In this document: piece after piece, positions 23,882 to 35,069 of the stretch | Position numbering within the stretch: position 1 is the stretch's first letter | Layout of the letters: each line of letters opens with the position of its first letter | From: Prorocentrum cordatum | Taxonomy: Eukaryota | Assembly (NCBI GenBank): GCA_963575745.1 | Contig: CAUYUJ010000280.1 | Span: 62,001 to 115,933 of the forward strand | Direction: 5' to 3' | Length of the DNA stretch: 53,933 nucleotides | Program-made: the position numbers and the translations under genes | Notes under the pieces: generated by a model | Seen by the model: only the letters and a program-made list of their open reading frames with translations | The model's database searches: none | Told to the model about the DNA's origin: nothing

Positions 23882-26800
23882 AGGAGGAGGAGGAGGAGGA
23901 GGAGGAGGAGGGAGAGGAGGAGGGGGAGGAGGAGGAGGAGGAGGAGGAGGAGGAGGAGGAGGAGGAGGATGGCTCCCTTCTGCCCACCCTGACTCGCGGG
24001 AGTGTCTGTGGGAGCGGGCCGCCTCTGATGTCCTTCTCGGCGCCCCTGCCGGAGCCCTGCAAGGAGGAGGAGGAGGAGGAGGAGGAGGAGGAGGAGGAGG
24101 AAGAGGACGGGGAGGAGGAGCAGGAGGAGGAGGAGGAGGAGGGGGAGGGGAAGGGGGAGGGGGAGAAGGCGGAGGAGAAGGAGGAGGAGGAGGAGGAGGA
24201 GGAGGAGGAGGACTTTTCCCGCCATTTAGGCCCAGCGTCAGCGAAACGTGCTTCGCACCTATAACTTGCACCCGCCCATGCATGCCGGCGGGGATCTACC
24301 AAAGATCGACCCTTAAATTCCCGGGCTGATCGTACAAGGGACTTATAGAGCTCGCCTCGCGCCTGTCCTCTCTCTGTCCTCTCTCTGTCCCCCTCCTCTT
24401 CCGGCTCCTTTTCCAATACCGCGTCATCGTCCGTCCCGCCGGATGGCCAGCGGCCACGTTTGTAGACCATCCAGCCTTCTTGGCCCAAACCTGGTAATGG
24501 GGCACTGTCCATTGCATTCTGCCGCATGCGGACCAACAAAAAATAAAGCTCGCCTCGCGGTGGCCAGCATTCCAGCACCGTGCCTGCTCCTCGAAGTAGC
24601 CTCGTATTGATGGCATGGCTGACCATGTGTTGCTCAGCCTGGGCTTCTGTCATCCTGGGGCCGGCTGCCGCTTGGCCTCCGTGCCGGCCGGCCGCGTGGC
24701 TCCCGTAGAGCTCGTCTTGATCCGAGCTCGCCTCGGAGACTTCCCTGTCGGCCTGGACCCTCTCGAGGTTGTGCCAGCCTCCAGTGCCTCAACGTGCAGC
24801 CATGGCCCGCCAGAATCCCCCCAGAGGGGAGAGGCCGTTCAGGCCGAGGGCATGGGCCAACCCTGTTGACGAGCCCGGCACAGTCTGCCGCAGTTGGGGT
24901 TATTCGGGGATGGTCGGACCATCCGACAGCAGCGCTCAGCACGCCACGCTCGGCGTGGCCCGAGAATTTTGCACGGCGGGCGAGTGCAGCGGGGAACGGG
25001 CAGCTCGAAGCAGGCTTCCGTCAGGCCGCAGTTGTACAGCTGAGTTTATTGCTCCAGTAGTTAATTCTGAGAAAATCGGGTTTCAGACCGCCTCCGTCAA
25101 TGAAACTAGGGAGGTCTCTTTGGAACTTGCCCTCGGGGCAGGCCTCGTCCTGGTCAAAGTGCGACGGCTGTCAGTCTTCTACGGGAGGATCGAAGCCCTG
25201 CTTGGGGGCCCACAGTCTGGAAAGCTGGGGTTGTCAGGGCCTTGTGCTAGGGCTTCTTCTTGAAACTCAGAGAGGTGCTCATCTCGGGCTTCTTGAAAAC
25301 GCGTGCACAGGCAGTCCGTGGCAAATCCCTGTTTGGCAAGATCGGCACCAGTGGTATGGTTGCCACTGAAGAACAGCTCTGCAGGGCTGGGACTGCTTCA
25401 AGGGCGAATGTTTGCCCGCACGCTGGAGCCCTAGCCTAAGGCCGTCTGCCCAGAGGCTTTGGCCCGCTACATGGCTCCCTGCAGGGACCACAGTCACAGT
25501 CATTGCATATGGCTAAACTTGGTGCTCCATTCATTCAGACAGAAATCGAAGAAGAAACAACGCCATCAACATAAACTTTGGGCGCTCCGCGCGGATTTCT
25601 TGGATCCGCGCTGGGCCCCCCGGCGGCGCCTCCGGCGCCGCCCCTGGCGGATCCAAGAAATCCGCGTGGAGCGCCAAAAGTTTGTGTTGATGGCGTTTTT
25701 TCTGCTTCCCAAAAAGGCCACGAGAGACACCTCGAGATGGTGTCCCCGTTATGTTGCGTTGTTCGCCTTGCGATCTCACCGGGTGTGTCGGGCTCAAGGC
25801 TTGCCAAATCCACCCATGGTGCCAGAGTCTGACATGGGACATGGGACCACGTACCTTCCCTAGCCTGGATTTGGTGCTATCTTCAGCCTGTCTTGGGCAG
25901 TTTGAAACGCGCCCCTTGAATCCTTGACTGTGCGCTGGTCAGCGTGCCCCTCCAACTCATGTCGCCGTGAAGTCGCCCTCCACAATTGGAGACTCTATCT
26001 TTCCAGGCAAGCCCCTGCCAAGTATAGAGGGCCCTTACACTTGGGACCCATCGTGCTCCACCAAAGATAAGACTGCCCTAGCCTAAGAAGGTAAGGAGAA
26101 GCACCTGCTGAAAGAGGTCGCAACGTGTGTATCTCAAGAGGTGTTAGCCCGGAGGTGGCAACCCCATGGTGAATTTTTGATCTAACTCCTGTGAGGTCGA
26201 ACCTGCTCTCGGAGGCCTGGGATCTCTTGCCTCGGAGGCCCTTACGCTTCTTGGTTCTGGCTTTGGGGTGAGCCAACGCTTTCTCCGACACTTTCTGGCC
26301 CCCGCGCACCTTGCTGAATTTCCCGCCACGAAGTCGATCTCTAGATCTTCAACTCTCCAGCATGGAGTGCTAGCCAACTCACCAAGAGTCTCTTTTATTT
26401 TGAATCCTAGATCTGCTGAGCTTCTCTCTATATGGATCTTGGGCAGCGCGAGTGTCAATTCAAGTTCAGAAAGCTGGTGTCAAAGTTGGTAAGCTAAGTC
26501 AATCAGGCTCTCCAACACTGGCGTCATGTTGAAGCCATAGCTGGACAGAGTGAGGTCATCGATGTGGAGGCTGCTGCTGAGTCAATCCTCGAGAGGTGCT
26601 AAAATCGCTGGCAGAATGTAAATGTTCGCCCGTAGCTGGCAGGTGGAGCCCTGGCCGTGATGCCACGCTCTGGATGCACCCGAGAATGAATAGCAGCGGT
26701 CTAGACGTACCCTTCTCGTCCACTTGCAGATGTGAAGCGAGGATGCCGTGACGTGCGGAGGGTAATGACATTTCAAACCGTTCCCATACAAGACACAAAG

Positions 26801-29000
26801 ATCCACCATGTGGTGGAAGTTCGTCAAGTCCCAGCGACGTGCTAGATAGTGACTGCCTTGGCTTGATTGGAGTTCGCTTCTTACCGACTGGCGCCAGGCA
26901 GTGTCCTCAGGAGACTTACCTTGGCTGGCACTGAAGGGGGGGGGTGCTAGACCGTGCTCCCTTGCTAATTCTTTGCAGCGCCTGCTTCCAAGCTTCCCGT
27001 GGATCCTCGCACATGAAAAGACGTGCCAATTGCAACGCCGACCTCCTCCTCCTCAATACTTCTTTGTAGGAGACAGTTGCAATTCATGGGGGCATGATAG
27101 AGCCGCACCTACGATGGCCATCAGCGTGTGCAGATGGCCTCTTACGCCGAGGCAACCATCTGACTTCATGCCCACGTGTTTCGGGTGGAACCCGTCAGGC
27201 TGGCAGGCCCTAGCCTTAAAGCTTCTGGCCACCTTCCGAAGCTTCGTTGGTGGGGCAGCCGTGGGAACTGGATGCCTGGCCCTTTTCCCACCACCATTCT
27301 GGAATTGGTTGCGGCTCACTTGTGGCTTGGCGCTTCCCCCCCCCCCCCGGCCGCCAGCTGAGAATCGTTCACTGCGGATAGAGAAGATGACTGGGTCATA
27401 ATCTGCAAGCGCGATTTCTTATTCATAAAGGTTCCCCAGATAATGCTTGTATTTATGTGGTGTTACTTCTGCCCAACAGAATTGGGCCTGTCTGCCGCTC
27501 TGGCGGCTATGTTGTCGTTGTCGCCGCCTCGTCGCCGCTCGTCGTCTGGGCATGTCTGCGCCCCTGTGGCTTTATTGTCGCCGTCGCCGCCCGTCGCCGC
27601 CTCGTCGCCGCCCGTCGTTTGGGCATGTCTGCGCCTCTGGGGGCTATGCTGTCGCCGTCGCCGCCCCGTCGCCGCCTCGTCGCCGCTCGTCGTCTGGGGC
27701 TGTCTGCCGCTCTAAGGGCTACATTGTCGCCGTCGCCACCCCGTCGCTGCCCCGTCGCCGCCACATCGGTTGCTCCACGCATGCTCCCTTTTCTAAGCAG
27801 GAGGTAGGACCCACCATCACCCCGAGGCCAGGAGTATCGCCCCGTGGGGATGTGCAAGTCTGCTCCATCGTTGATTCTGAATCTGAAGTCGTACCATTCC
27901 AGCCAATCCGGGTTCGGCACACCCCCACCGTCCTATACAAAACGCACGATGCGACGCGAACACATTTGTTGGTCACACATTTTCAGCGTCCAAGAACCCC
28001 TTGCAACAACTTGGACGAAGTGCACACGGGCGCGTCGTCGCGCGCGCATGCCGTAATCACTCAAACACCGCAGTTTCCCGCAACGTCTTCGAATTCGAGT
28101 ATCCCGAGAACATGTAAAACATATTTGGCTTTCCCACATGACTTTTCAAGGCAACTGCTCTGCGCGCCCCCTTGCGAATTCTTGAGATAATCGTATGCTC
28201 CTCGACATGTCCACCAACTGCGACCAAACGGGCCTCCCCGCGCGTGCACGTCGAAGTCATTCGAGCACCAGCGCGCGCGTGCTTTAGGGGGGCAAAGCCC
28301 CTGTCAACCAATATCATGCGGGCCGCTCGCGCCCGTCGGCCGCGCGCGCACGTCGAAGTCCTTCCGACATCTTCGTCGCCGACGCGTGGACACCATCGTC
28401 GTCACAGGCGTGATCAGCAACGTCGCCGTCTGTGGCCCGGCCGTCGTTACGGTCATCTTCGTCGCCAGCATCTCTACTATCACCATCGTGTCTGCCACTG
28501 CCGACGTCGCCACGGCACCGCGCCCGCCCGAAGCACCGACTCGCACTGGCGTGCCCGAGCGTGAGCGCGGCGTGCACGACGCGCTGGGGAGTGCCCCGCG
28601 GTCAACGCCAACGCGGCCGCGTCGGTCGCGCCAGACTAGCCGGTCGCTCTGCGCGCGAGCCTCCGCGCGCAAGCGCGGCTGCGGTGATGCGCCAGCCAGC
28701 GCCAAGCAGCCATCGCAAGCGCCGCCGCATGGGTTTTGCAATCACGCTGTGGACTGGCGGGTGGGCTATGTGCACGAGCATGGGAGGTGGTCAGGCGCGG
28801 AGCAGGGTATTTAATTGCAACCTACAGGTTGCATCACAACGATTCTCCTTTCTAAAAACAGAATAGACTCTACCCCCCACCCCCCGGCGTTATCGCTACC
28901 CCTTTCGGGTATGTAAATCATATATGATTCTGACCACCTGTCCACGCTAAGTATGAATTTACACTATCCCAGGGGGGCCGGGTTCCCCCCCCTGAGGTTC

Positions 29001-29039
<39 letters not shown>

Positions 29040-32000
29040 TATATTATATGTATATATATATATATATATAAAAAATAACACTATGCGGTGCTTTTTTGTT
29101 CTAACATAGCACTTGTTCACGAATCCCTTGCAACAAATGAGACGAAGTGCACACGCGCGCGTCGTCGCGCGCGCATACCGAAATCCTTCAATAACCTTCA
29201 GTGCCGGAAGGATTTCGCAATCGATTTTCCCCAAAAAACATACTATCACACAGGGTTTCGCAACACTGATTTGCTAAAAAACTTACGCGCGAGCTGCTGC
29301 GAAATCTTAGGAAATCATAGGTTTTCCCAGATTTCCACAACATGCTACCAAACGGGCGTCGCGCGCGCATGTCGAAATCTGTGAGAGAGCGTGATCCACC
29401 GCCGCTTTACTGTGGAAAATTGCCAACCTTTTCCTCCGGAGCCCGGGGGTCGCCCCCCCCCCCCCCTCCGAAAATCCCCCCCCCCCTGCTGGAAACCCCT
29501 CCCCCCCCCCCCCCCCTTCCCCCGGCAAAAACCCCCCCTCCCCTAACACCCCCCCCCCCCTCCCGCTCGAAACCGGGGGGGTCACTACCGGTTCGAACCC
29601 CTCCCCCCCCCCCCCCCCCCCGCCCCCCTCCCCCCCCTCCGGATCCGGAAAACCGGGGGGGGTCACTACCGGTTCGACCCCCCCCCCCCCCCCCCCCCCC
29701 CCTACTCACCGCCAGCAAACGACTCCCGGTCCCCACCACCGTCCGCATCACATCCCCCACTGGTGTTCCCAGCACCACTGTCCTCACCACCACTGTCCCC
29801 ACTGGTTCCACCACTGCCCCTACTGTCCCCACCAGTGGCCCCACCACTGTCGCACTGTCCCCGCTGTCCCCAGAACTGTTCCCACCACGGTTCCACTCTC
29901 CCCACTGTCTCCACGGCCCCAACCACTGCCCGACTATCCCCACTGTCCCCACTGTCCCACTGACTCCTCCGCTGTCTCACTGAGCTGTCCCACTGTTCCC
30001 ACCACTGTCCCCACTGTCCCCACCACTGTCCCCACTGTACTTCTGTCCCATTGTCGCCACCGCCTTCACCACTGTCCCCACCACCATTGTACCCTCCACT
30101 GTCCCACTGTTTCCACCTCATTCCCATTGTCCCCACACCACTGTCCCCACCACCACCGTCACCACCTCTGTCCACTGTCCCCCCCTGTTCCCACCATTGT
30201 CCCCACCACTTTCCCCACCACTACCGTCCCCACCACTGTCCCACTGTCCCACTGTCCCCACCACTGTCCCGCTATCCCCTCACCACTGTCCCCACCAACA
30301 CCGTCCCCGCCACTGTCCGCACCCCCACTCGGTTTTCGAGGGGGGGGAGGGGTTCGAACCGGTAGTGACCACCCCCGGTTTTCCGGATCCGGAGGGGGGG
30401 GGGGGGGTGGGGGGTTCGAACCGTAGTGACCCCCCCCCTTTCATGATGAGCAGGGGGGGGGGGGGGGGGAGGGGTTCGAACCGGTAGTGACCCCCCTCGG
30501 TTTTCCGGAGGGGGGGGGGGGGAGGAGGGGTTCGAACCGGTAGTGACCCCCCCCGGTTTTCCGCCAGCAGCGGTAGAACACGCTCTTTCAAATCTGTCGA
30601 GCGCCCTTGCGCGCGTGCCGTCACGAGAATCCTCTGCAAAAAACGGGACGAAGTGCAGACGCGCGCGTCGTCGCGCGCGTACGCCGAAATCCTTCAAAAC
30701 CCATCGGTTTCGGAAAGATTTCAACATCGCGCGTCCAAAAAACTGTTTTTCTTTATATATATATATATATATATATAAAACACCAGGTTTCGCAACACGG
30801 ATTTTCAACAAAAGCGTGCGCGCGCGCTCTTGCGGCATCGTCGTCGTCGTCGTCGTCGCCGTCCTCCCTCCTCCCGCATCGTCGTCGTCGTCGCCTACGT
30901 CGTCCTCTGTCTTTCCTCGTGTTCGTCGTCGTCGTCCTTTTTGGCGTCGTGGTCGTTTCCGTCGTCGTTGTCGCCGTGGTCGTCCTTCCTCCTCCTCCCT
31001 CGTCGTCGTCGTCGTCGGCCGTCGTCGGCGTCTCGTCGTCGTCCCTCCTATTTCGTCGCCGTCGTCGTCGTCGTTGTCGTCGTCGTCTCGTCGTCGTTTT
31101 CCCTCCTCCCTCGTCGTTGTCGTCGTCGGCGTCGCCGTCCTTCCTCCTTCTTCGTCGTTCGCGTCGTCGCCGTCCTCCCTCCTCCCTCGTTGTCGTCGTT
31201 GTCGTCGTTGTCGTCGTTGTCGGCGTCGTCGTCCTCCATCCCTCGTCGTCGTCTTCGTTGGCGACGTCGTCGTCGTCTTCGTCGTCGTCGGCGTCGGCGT
31301 CGTCGTCTTCGTCGTCGTCGACGTCGGCGTCGTCGTCGTCGCCGCCGTCGTCGTCGTCGTCGTCGTCGTCGGCCGTCTTGCTTCTCTGGCCTTCTTGGGG
31401 CGCTCTTGAGACGCCCCCGAGGGCTCCAAGACGACCCCGGAGTGATGTCTGTGCTCGGTCCCGCATGGGTTTTGCAAACCAAGTTGCGGGTGGGTGGGTG
31501 GGATGATTGCGCGAGCAGTGGAGTTGATAACTTCAAGTTCGGCAAGTGAATTCCCCTTTCTTGAAACAGAATAGACTCTACCCTCCCCCCAGCGTTATCA
31601 CGTCACCTTTCGGGTATGTAATTCATATATGATTCGGACCACGTGTCCATCCTAAATATGAAATCACAATGTCCCAGGCCAACCGGTATCCCCCCCCTGA
31701 GGTTCCCTTGTAAAAACACACTATGCGGTGACATGTGTTGTTCTAACATAGCACTTTTTCAAGAATCCCTTGCACAAAAAAGAGACGAAGTGCACACGCG
31801 CGCGTCGTCGCGCGCGCATGCCGAAATCCTTCAAAAACCTTCGGTGCCGGAAGGATTTCGCAATCGAGTTTTCAAAACACATAAAAACACATGGTTTCGC
31901 AACACTGATTTGCTAAAAAAACTTCCGCGCGAGCTCTTGCGAAATCCGAAGAAAACCAACGGTTTTTCAAGATTTTCACAAAATGCACTCAAACGGGCTT

Positions 32001-32232
32001 CGCGCGCGCGCATGTCGAAATCTGTCGAACGCCCTTGCGCGTATGCCGTCGCGAGAATCCTTTGCCAAAAAATGGGACGAAGTGCAGACGCGCGCGTCGT
32101 CGCGCGCGTACGCCGAAATCCTTCAAAACCCATCGGTTTCGGAAGGATTTCAAAATCGTGTGTCCAAAAAACCTACAAAAACCCAAGGTTTCGCAACACG
32201 GAATTTCAACAAAAGCGTGCGCGCGCGCTCTT

Positions 32233-32266
<34 letters not shown>

Positions 32267-35069
32267 TGCCGTCCTCCCTCCTCCCGCGTCGTCGTTGTCG
32301 TCGTCGCCTACGTCGTCCTCTGTCTTTCCTCGTGTTCGTCGTCGTCGTCCTCTTTGGCGTCGTGGTCGTTTCCGTCGTCGTTGTCGCCGTGGTCGTCCTT
32401 CCTCCTCCTCCCTCGTCGTCGTCGTCGTCCGTCGTCGGCGTCTCGTCGTCGTCCCTCCTATTCCGTCGCCGTCGTCGTCGTCGTTGTCGTCGTCGTCTTC
32501 CCTCCTCCCTCGTCGTTGTCGTCGTCGGCGTCGCCGTCCTTCCTCCTGCTTCGTCGTTCGCGTCGTCGCCGTCCTCCTTCCTCCCTCGTCGTTGTCGTCG
32601 TTGTCGTCGTTGTCGCCGTCGTCGTCCTTCCTCCTCCCTCGTCGTCGTCATCGTTGGCGTCGTCGTCGTCGTCTTCGTCGGCGTCGGCGTCGTTGTCGTC
32701 GTCGAAGTCGTCGGAGACGTCGTCGGTGTCGTCGTAGTCGTCGTCGTCGGTGTCGTCGTAGTCGGTCTTAAGAGGTTTTGCAAACCAAGTTGCGGGTGGG
32801 TGGGTGGGATGTTTGCGCGAGCAGTGGAGATGACTTCAAGTTCAGCAGAGTGGATTGCACGCCATAGTTTGCACCACACAGATCGCCCACCATATATTGC
32901 GCACCATACTTTTCACAACATCTATTGCGCATAGCAGATAGCGCAACAGATGTTGCACCACAAATGTTGAACCACATAGAGTCCACCACATGCACACCCC
33001 ATATCGCACCACATCTATTACCGCACCTATATGTCAAAAAGTAGATTGCGTCACAAATACTGCGCCACATAGGTTGCGTCAAATAGGATGCACAACATAG
33101 GTTCCACAACATACGTTGCACAACATATATTGGATCACCAATATTGCACCACACAGGTTGCTTCGCACAAGTTGCAGTGCACGTATTGCACTAAATCGGT
33201 TGTACCACGCATGTTGCAGCACATGTATTGCGCAACACAATGTTTTGGGTCAGCGCTGGCGAACATATCCTCCCCATGTCAGTGTGCCTGTAGACCAGTG
33301 ACCCTTCGGCAGCTTTGTCGCACCACTCTTATCATCTCTTTCTCTATGGATCGTCATCCGTCGTCCTTCTGCTCGTTTTGCTGCTGACAGAAGCACGTTG
33401 GGGTCAACCTGCCAAGTTTTGCAAATTCTACCTCATGTCGGAAAAGAGAGTTGCTCCCAATTGGCGGAGTGGGAGGTGATACACCTCCCCTTCTTTCCAG
33501 AACTTCCACCCCAAAAAGGTCACCCATGCTCAGGTAGCCGAATCAGCTGGAGAATGAGGGCCTCCAGCACTGCCTTAATTGGCCTTGCATATGCCCAAGA
33601 CCCGTAATGTCGTCGAACCTCTTCCAGCCGATGCGCTACCCATCCTCGTGCTCTGTCTGGAGCGCCTCTTCCATAGGATGTGCCTTCAAGGACAACCGAA
33701 AGGGGTATTTCTTTGAATGCATGTGGGGGGAGGGGATCTATGAGATGCCCTTCTGGTTCAGTCTAGGTGGCATCGTGAACTTCCTTTCTACGTCGTGAAT
33801 TCCAAGACTCGCAGGTTCGATCCAGGGGTTGGACCATCTCCCGATGCTTCCCTCCTTTTGGAGGGAGGCTCCAACTGGATTCCTTCCTCCCCAGGTCGTT
33901 GTCCGTGCATTGACGGTTAATGCAGGCCGTAACCACTTCCAAGAGGTCCCCATACAGTCGGGGCCTTGAAGAAGGAACCCTTTTCGTTGGGGAGGGGCTC
34001 CGCGTTCCTTAAGTGTTTCACAGTTTGCCTCAGGCTTTCCTTATGTTTTCGATCGGAAATCGAAGTTTAACTCGTGGAAAAAAGGGGCCTCGTTCCTTAT
34101 TTTGGGTTCCTTAGGTCAATGCTCCGACTGTACGTGGCGAATCGAGGTCTACCTTGCGCTGCTCAACCGCATGCGAAATCAACCTGCTGACCATGAAGTA
34201 ATCGATGGTGGGCGCATGCTCATCTGAGGCGCACGTGTGCGCTGCTGCGTCTGTTCGGAATCTCATCCGGCTTCTCTGTCTCTCAGTGTGGTCCAGACTG
34301 GATGTTGAAGGGATGCTCCAGTCACCTCCGACAATGCTGGGGCGCCTCTGGCTCAGGATGTACGGTCCTGGCCCCAGTACCCCTTCTCCCTCCCTCTCCC
34401 CCTTCTTCCCCCCACCTCCCGCTTCCTCCTTCTGCCTCCCCCGCCCCCTTCTCCCCCCCCAGAGGTCACGGCGGTGGACCTGGTGCCTGCGGCCCCTTCT
34501 GTGCTCCAAGCGAACTTCCTCGAGGTCCCGCTGCGTGACGGCATCGGCGCCGCCCTGCTGGAGCCGTCGGACCCCCGGCGCTGCGCGGCGCTCCCGCTGG
34601 GGCATTTTGACGGGGCGCTGCTGTCGAACGTGCTGCGGGCCATGCCGAGGAGGCGGGATCAGAGGCTGGCGATCGCGCGCGCCGCGCGGACGCTGCGTGT
34701 CGGCGGGGTGCTGGTCATCGCCGACCTCACCAAATTTCGCTCCCTGCTGAGCCCTCGAGCCCTGCGCAGCTGGGGCCTCTCCCAGACGGCCCGAGAGGAC
34801 CTCGGCAATTCCGCGCCGCGGACTTACGCATTCACGTGCACCGATCTGGAGGCGTGCCCCCGAGGATCCCTGAGGAGCGCTGGGTGTGGACACTTCTCGC
34901 CCCCGGGGGGCGGGAAGGCATCCATACCCGATGCCCCGCGGGATCCTCGAGGCAGCTCTCCGAATCGGCGGGTCTGGGTAAATCCCCGGCGTGGGCCCAT
35001 GGCATGGCAGACGGAATGAGCCTGTCCGTGTTCCGCCTCGAGCGCGTCGGCGCCCCGGAGGCCGAGTGA
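20313..35069 (+). CDS. Multi-exon SAMTOR/BMT2-like class I SAM-dependent methyltransferase-fold gene (core). Proposed exons 20313-20492, 20663-20726, 20922-21335, 21488-21565, 34465-34722, 34796-34851, 34952-35069
   Basis: Phase-compatible exons with AG acceptors and GA/GC/GT donors. Translation has HRRLRK, TLEEYGQAARAQSSTVW, KILDIGSSFNP, VTAVDLVPAAPSVLQANFL, HFDGALLSNVLRAMP, ARAARTLRVGGVLVIA and WRQLSESAGL...MSLSVFR in the order recalled for SAMTOR/BMT2 (HRRLRK, LLDVGSCFNP, GIDIVPA..VYKCDFL, F.VVVFSLLLSY.P, SWK..ESLGF..LMAFRK). The 34723-34795 intron is tentative. No start codon found. Confidence 0.8.
20922..21335 (+). CDS. Exon of SAMTOR/BMT2-like gene (138 codons, EWRSIPVV...MASTIQ)
   Basis: ccccag|gag acceptor, cag|gc donor, 414 nt open, GC3-rich codons, HRRLRK and EY..A motifs. 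Confidence 0.85.
21339..21482. mobile_element. hAT-like MITE forming intron 21336-21487 (Introner-type)
   Basis: TIRs CAGGGGTGGACTTAGGCGGTG / CACCGTTGAGGTTCAGCCCTG; perfect 8-bp TSD TCCAGGCG (21331-21338, 21483-21490). Confidence 0.8.
21488..21565 (+). CDS. Exon with SAM-binding motif I (AFQDAGTQKILDIGSSFNPLQGKFPE)
   Basis: tccag|gcg acceptor, gag|gt donor, LDIGSSFNP motif. Confidence 0.85.
22025..22124. other. Assembly gap (100 N)
   Basis: Run of N. Confidence 1.
22900..27480 (-). mobile_element. Possible highly decayed LINE-like retroelement
   Basis: Lower-GC complex sequence. RLDRCY (about 26690-26710) resembles the APE SRIDRxY motif, and a duplicated SGI..GCS/LSPLF (23105-23205) resembles the RT QG..LSP motif, in the expected minus-strand order. 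Many stops. Confidence 0.3.
25548..25708. mobile_element. 161-bp hairpin MITE
   Basis: About 62-bp near-perfect inverted arms (AACGCCATCAACA.AAACTTT.GGCGCTCC.CGCGGATTTCTTGGATCCGC); TSD unclear. Confidence 0.75.
28725..32850. repeat. Tandemly arranged dispersed-repeat units (about 28725-31380, 31461-32770, partial 32774-32850)
   Basis: Shared CCGCATGGGTTTTGCA start, ACAGAATAGACTCTACC, GACGAAGTGCA.ACGCGCGCGTCGTCGCGCGCG motifs and matching (GTC)-rich tails; related motifs at about 14955, 15230 and 28015. Confidence 0.75.
29383..30589. mobile_element. 1.2-kb foldback/TIR element with 8-bp TSD
   Basis: TIR GAGAGAGCGTGATCCACCGC / GCGGTAGAACACGCTCTTTC; inverted subterminal GGTCACTACCGGTTCGAACCC repeats; internal CCACTGTCCC minisatellite; TSD AAATCTGT; empty site at 32018-32025. 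Confidence 0.85.
33955..34130. mobile_element. 176-bp TA-flanked MITE, copy 2
   Basis: TA|CAGTCGGGGCCTTGAAGAAGGAACCC ... GGGTTCCTTAGGTCAATGCTCCGACTG|TA. Confidence 0.85.
34133..34350 (-). pseudogene. Fragment of APE/EEP endonuclease domain from a non-LTR retrotransposon
   Basis: IVGGDWSIP ... HTC......TIDYFMVSRLISHAV motifs; cut by the TA-MITE at 34130. Confidence 0.65.
34465..34722 (+). CDS. Exon with methyltransferase motifs II onward (VTAVDLVPAAPSVLQANFLEV...GGVLVIA)
   Basis: Pyrimidine tract then cagag|gtc acceptor; continues the 21488-21565 exon in phase 0. The 3' boundary is uncertain because the frame stays open to 35019. Confidence 0.8.
34952..35069 (+). CDS. Probable terminal exon (QLSESAGLGKSPAWAHGMADGMSLSVFRLERVGAPEAE*)
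   Basis: Follows a 100-nt hairpin GC..AG intron; resembles the SAMTOR C-terminus; TGA at 35067-35069. Confidence 0.55.

Noticed and set aside
33738..33953. VERKFTMPPRLNQ resembling the GIY-YIG E....P.LN motif
   Set aside because: No GIY/YIG motif seen; too short to support
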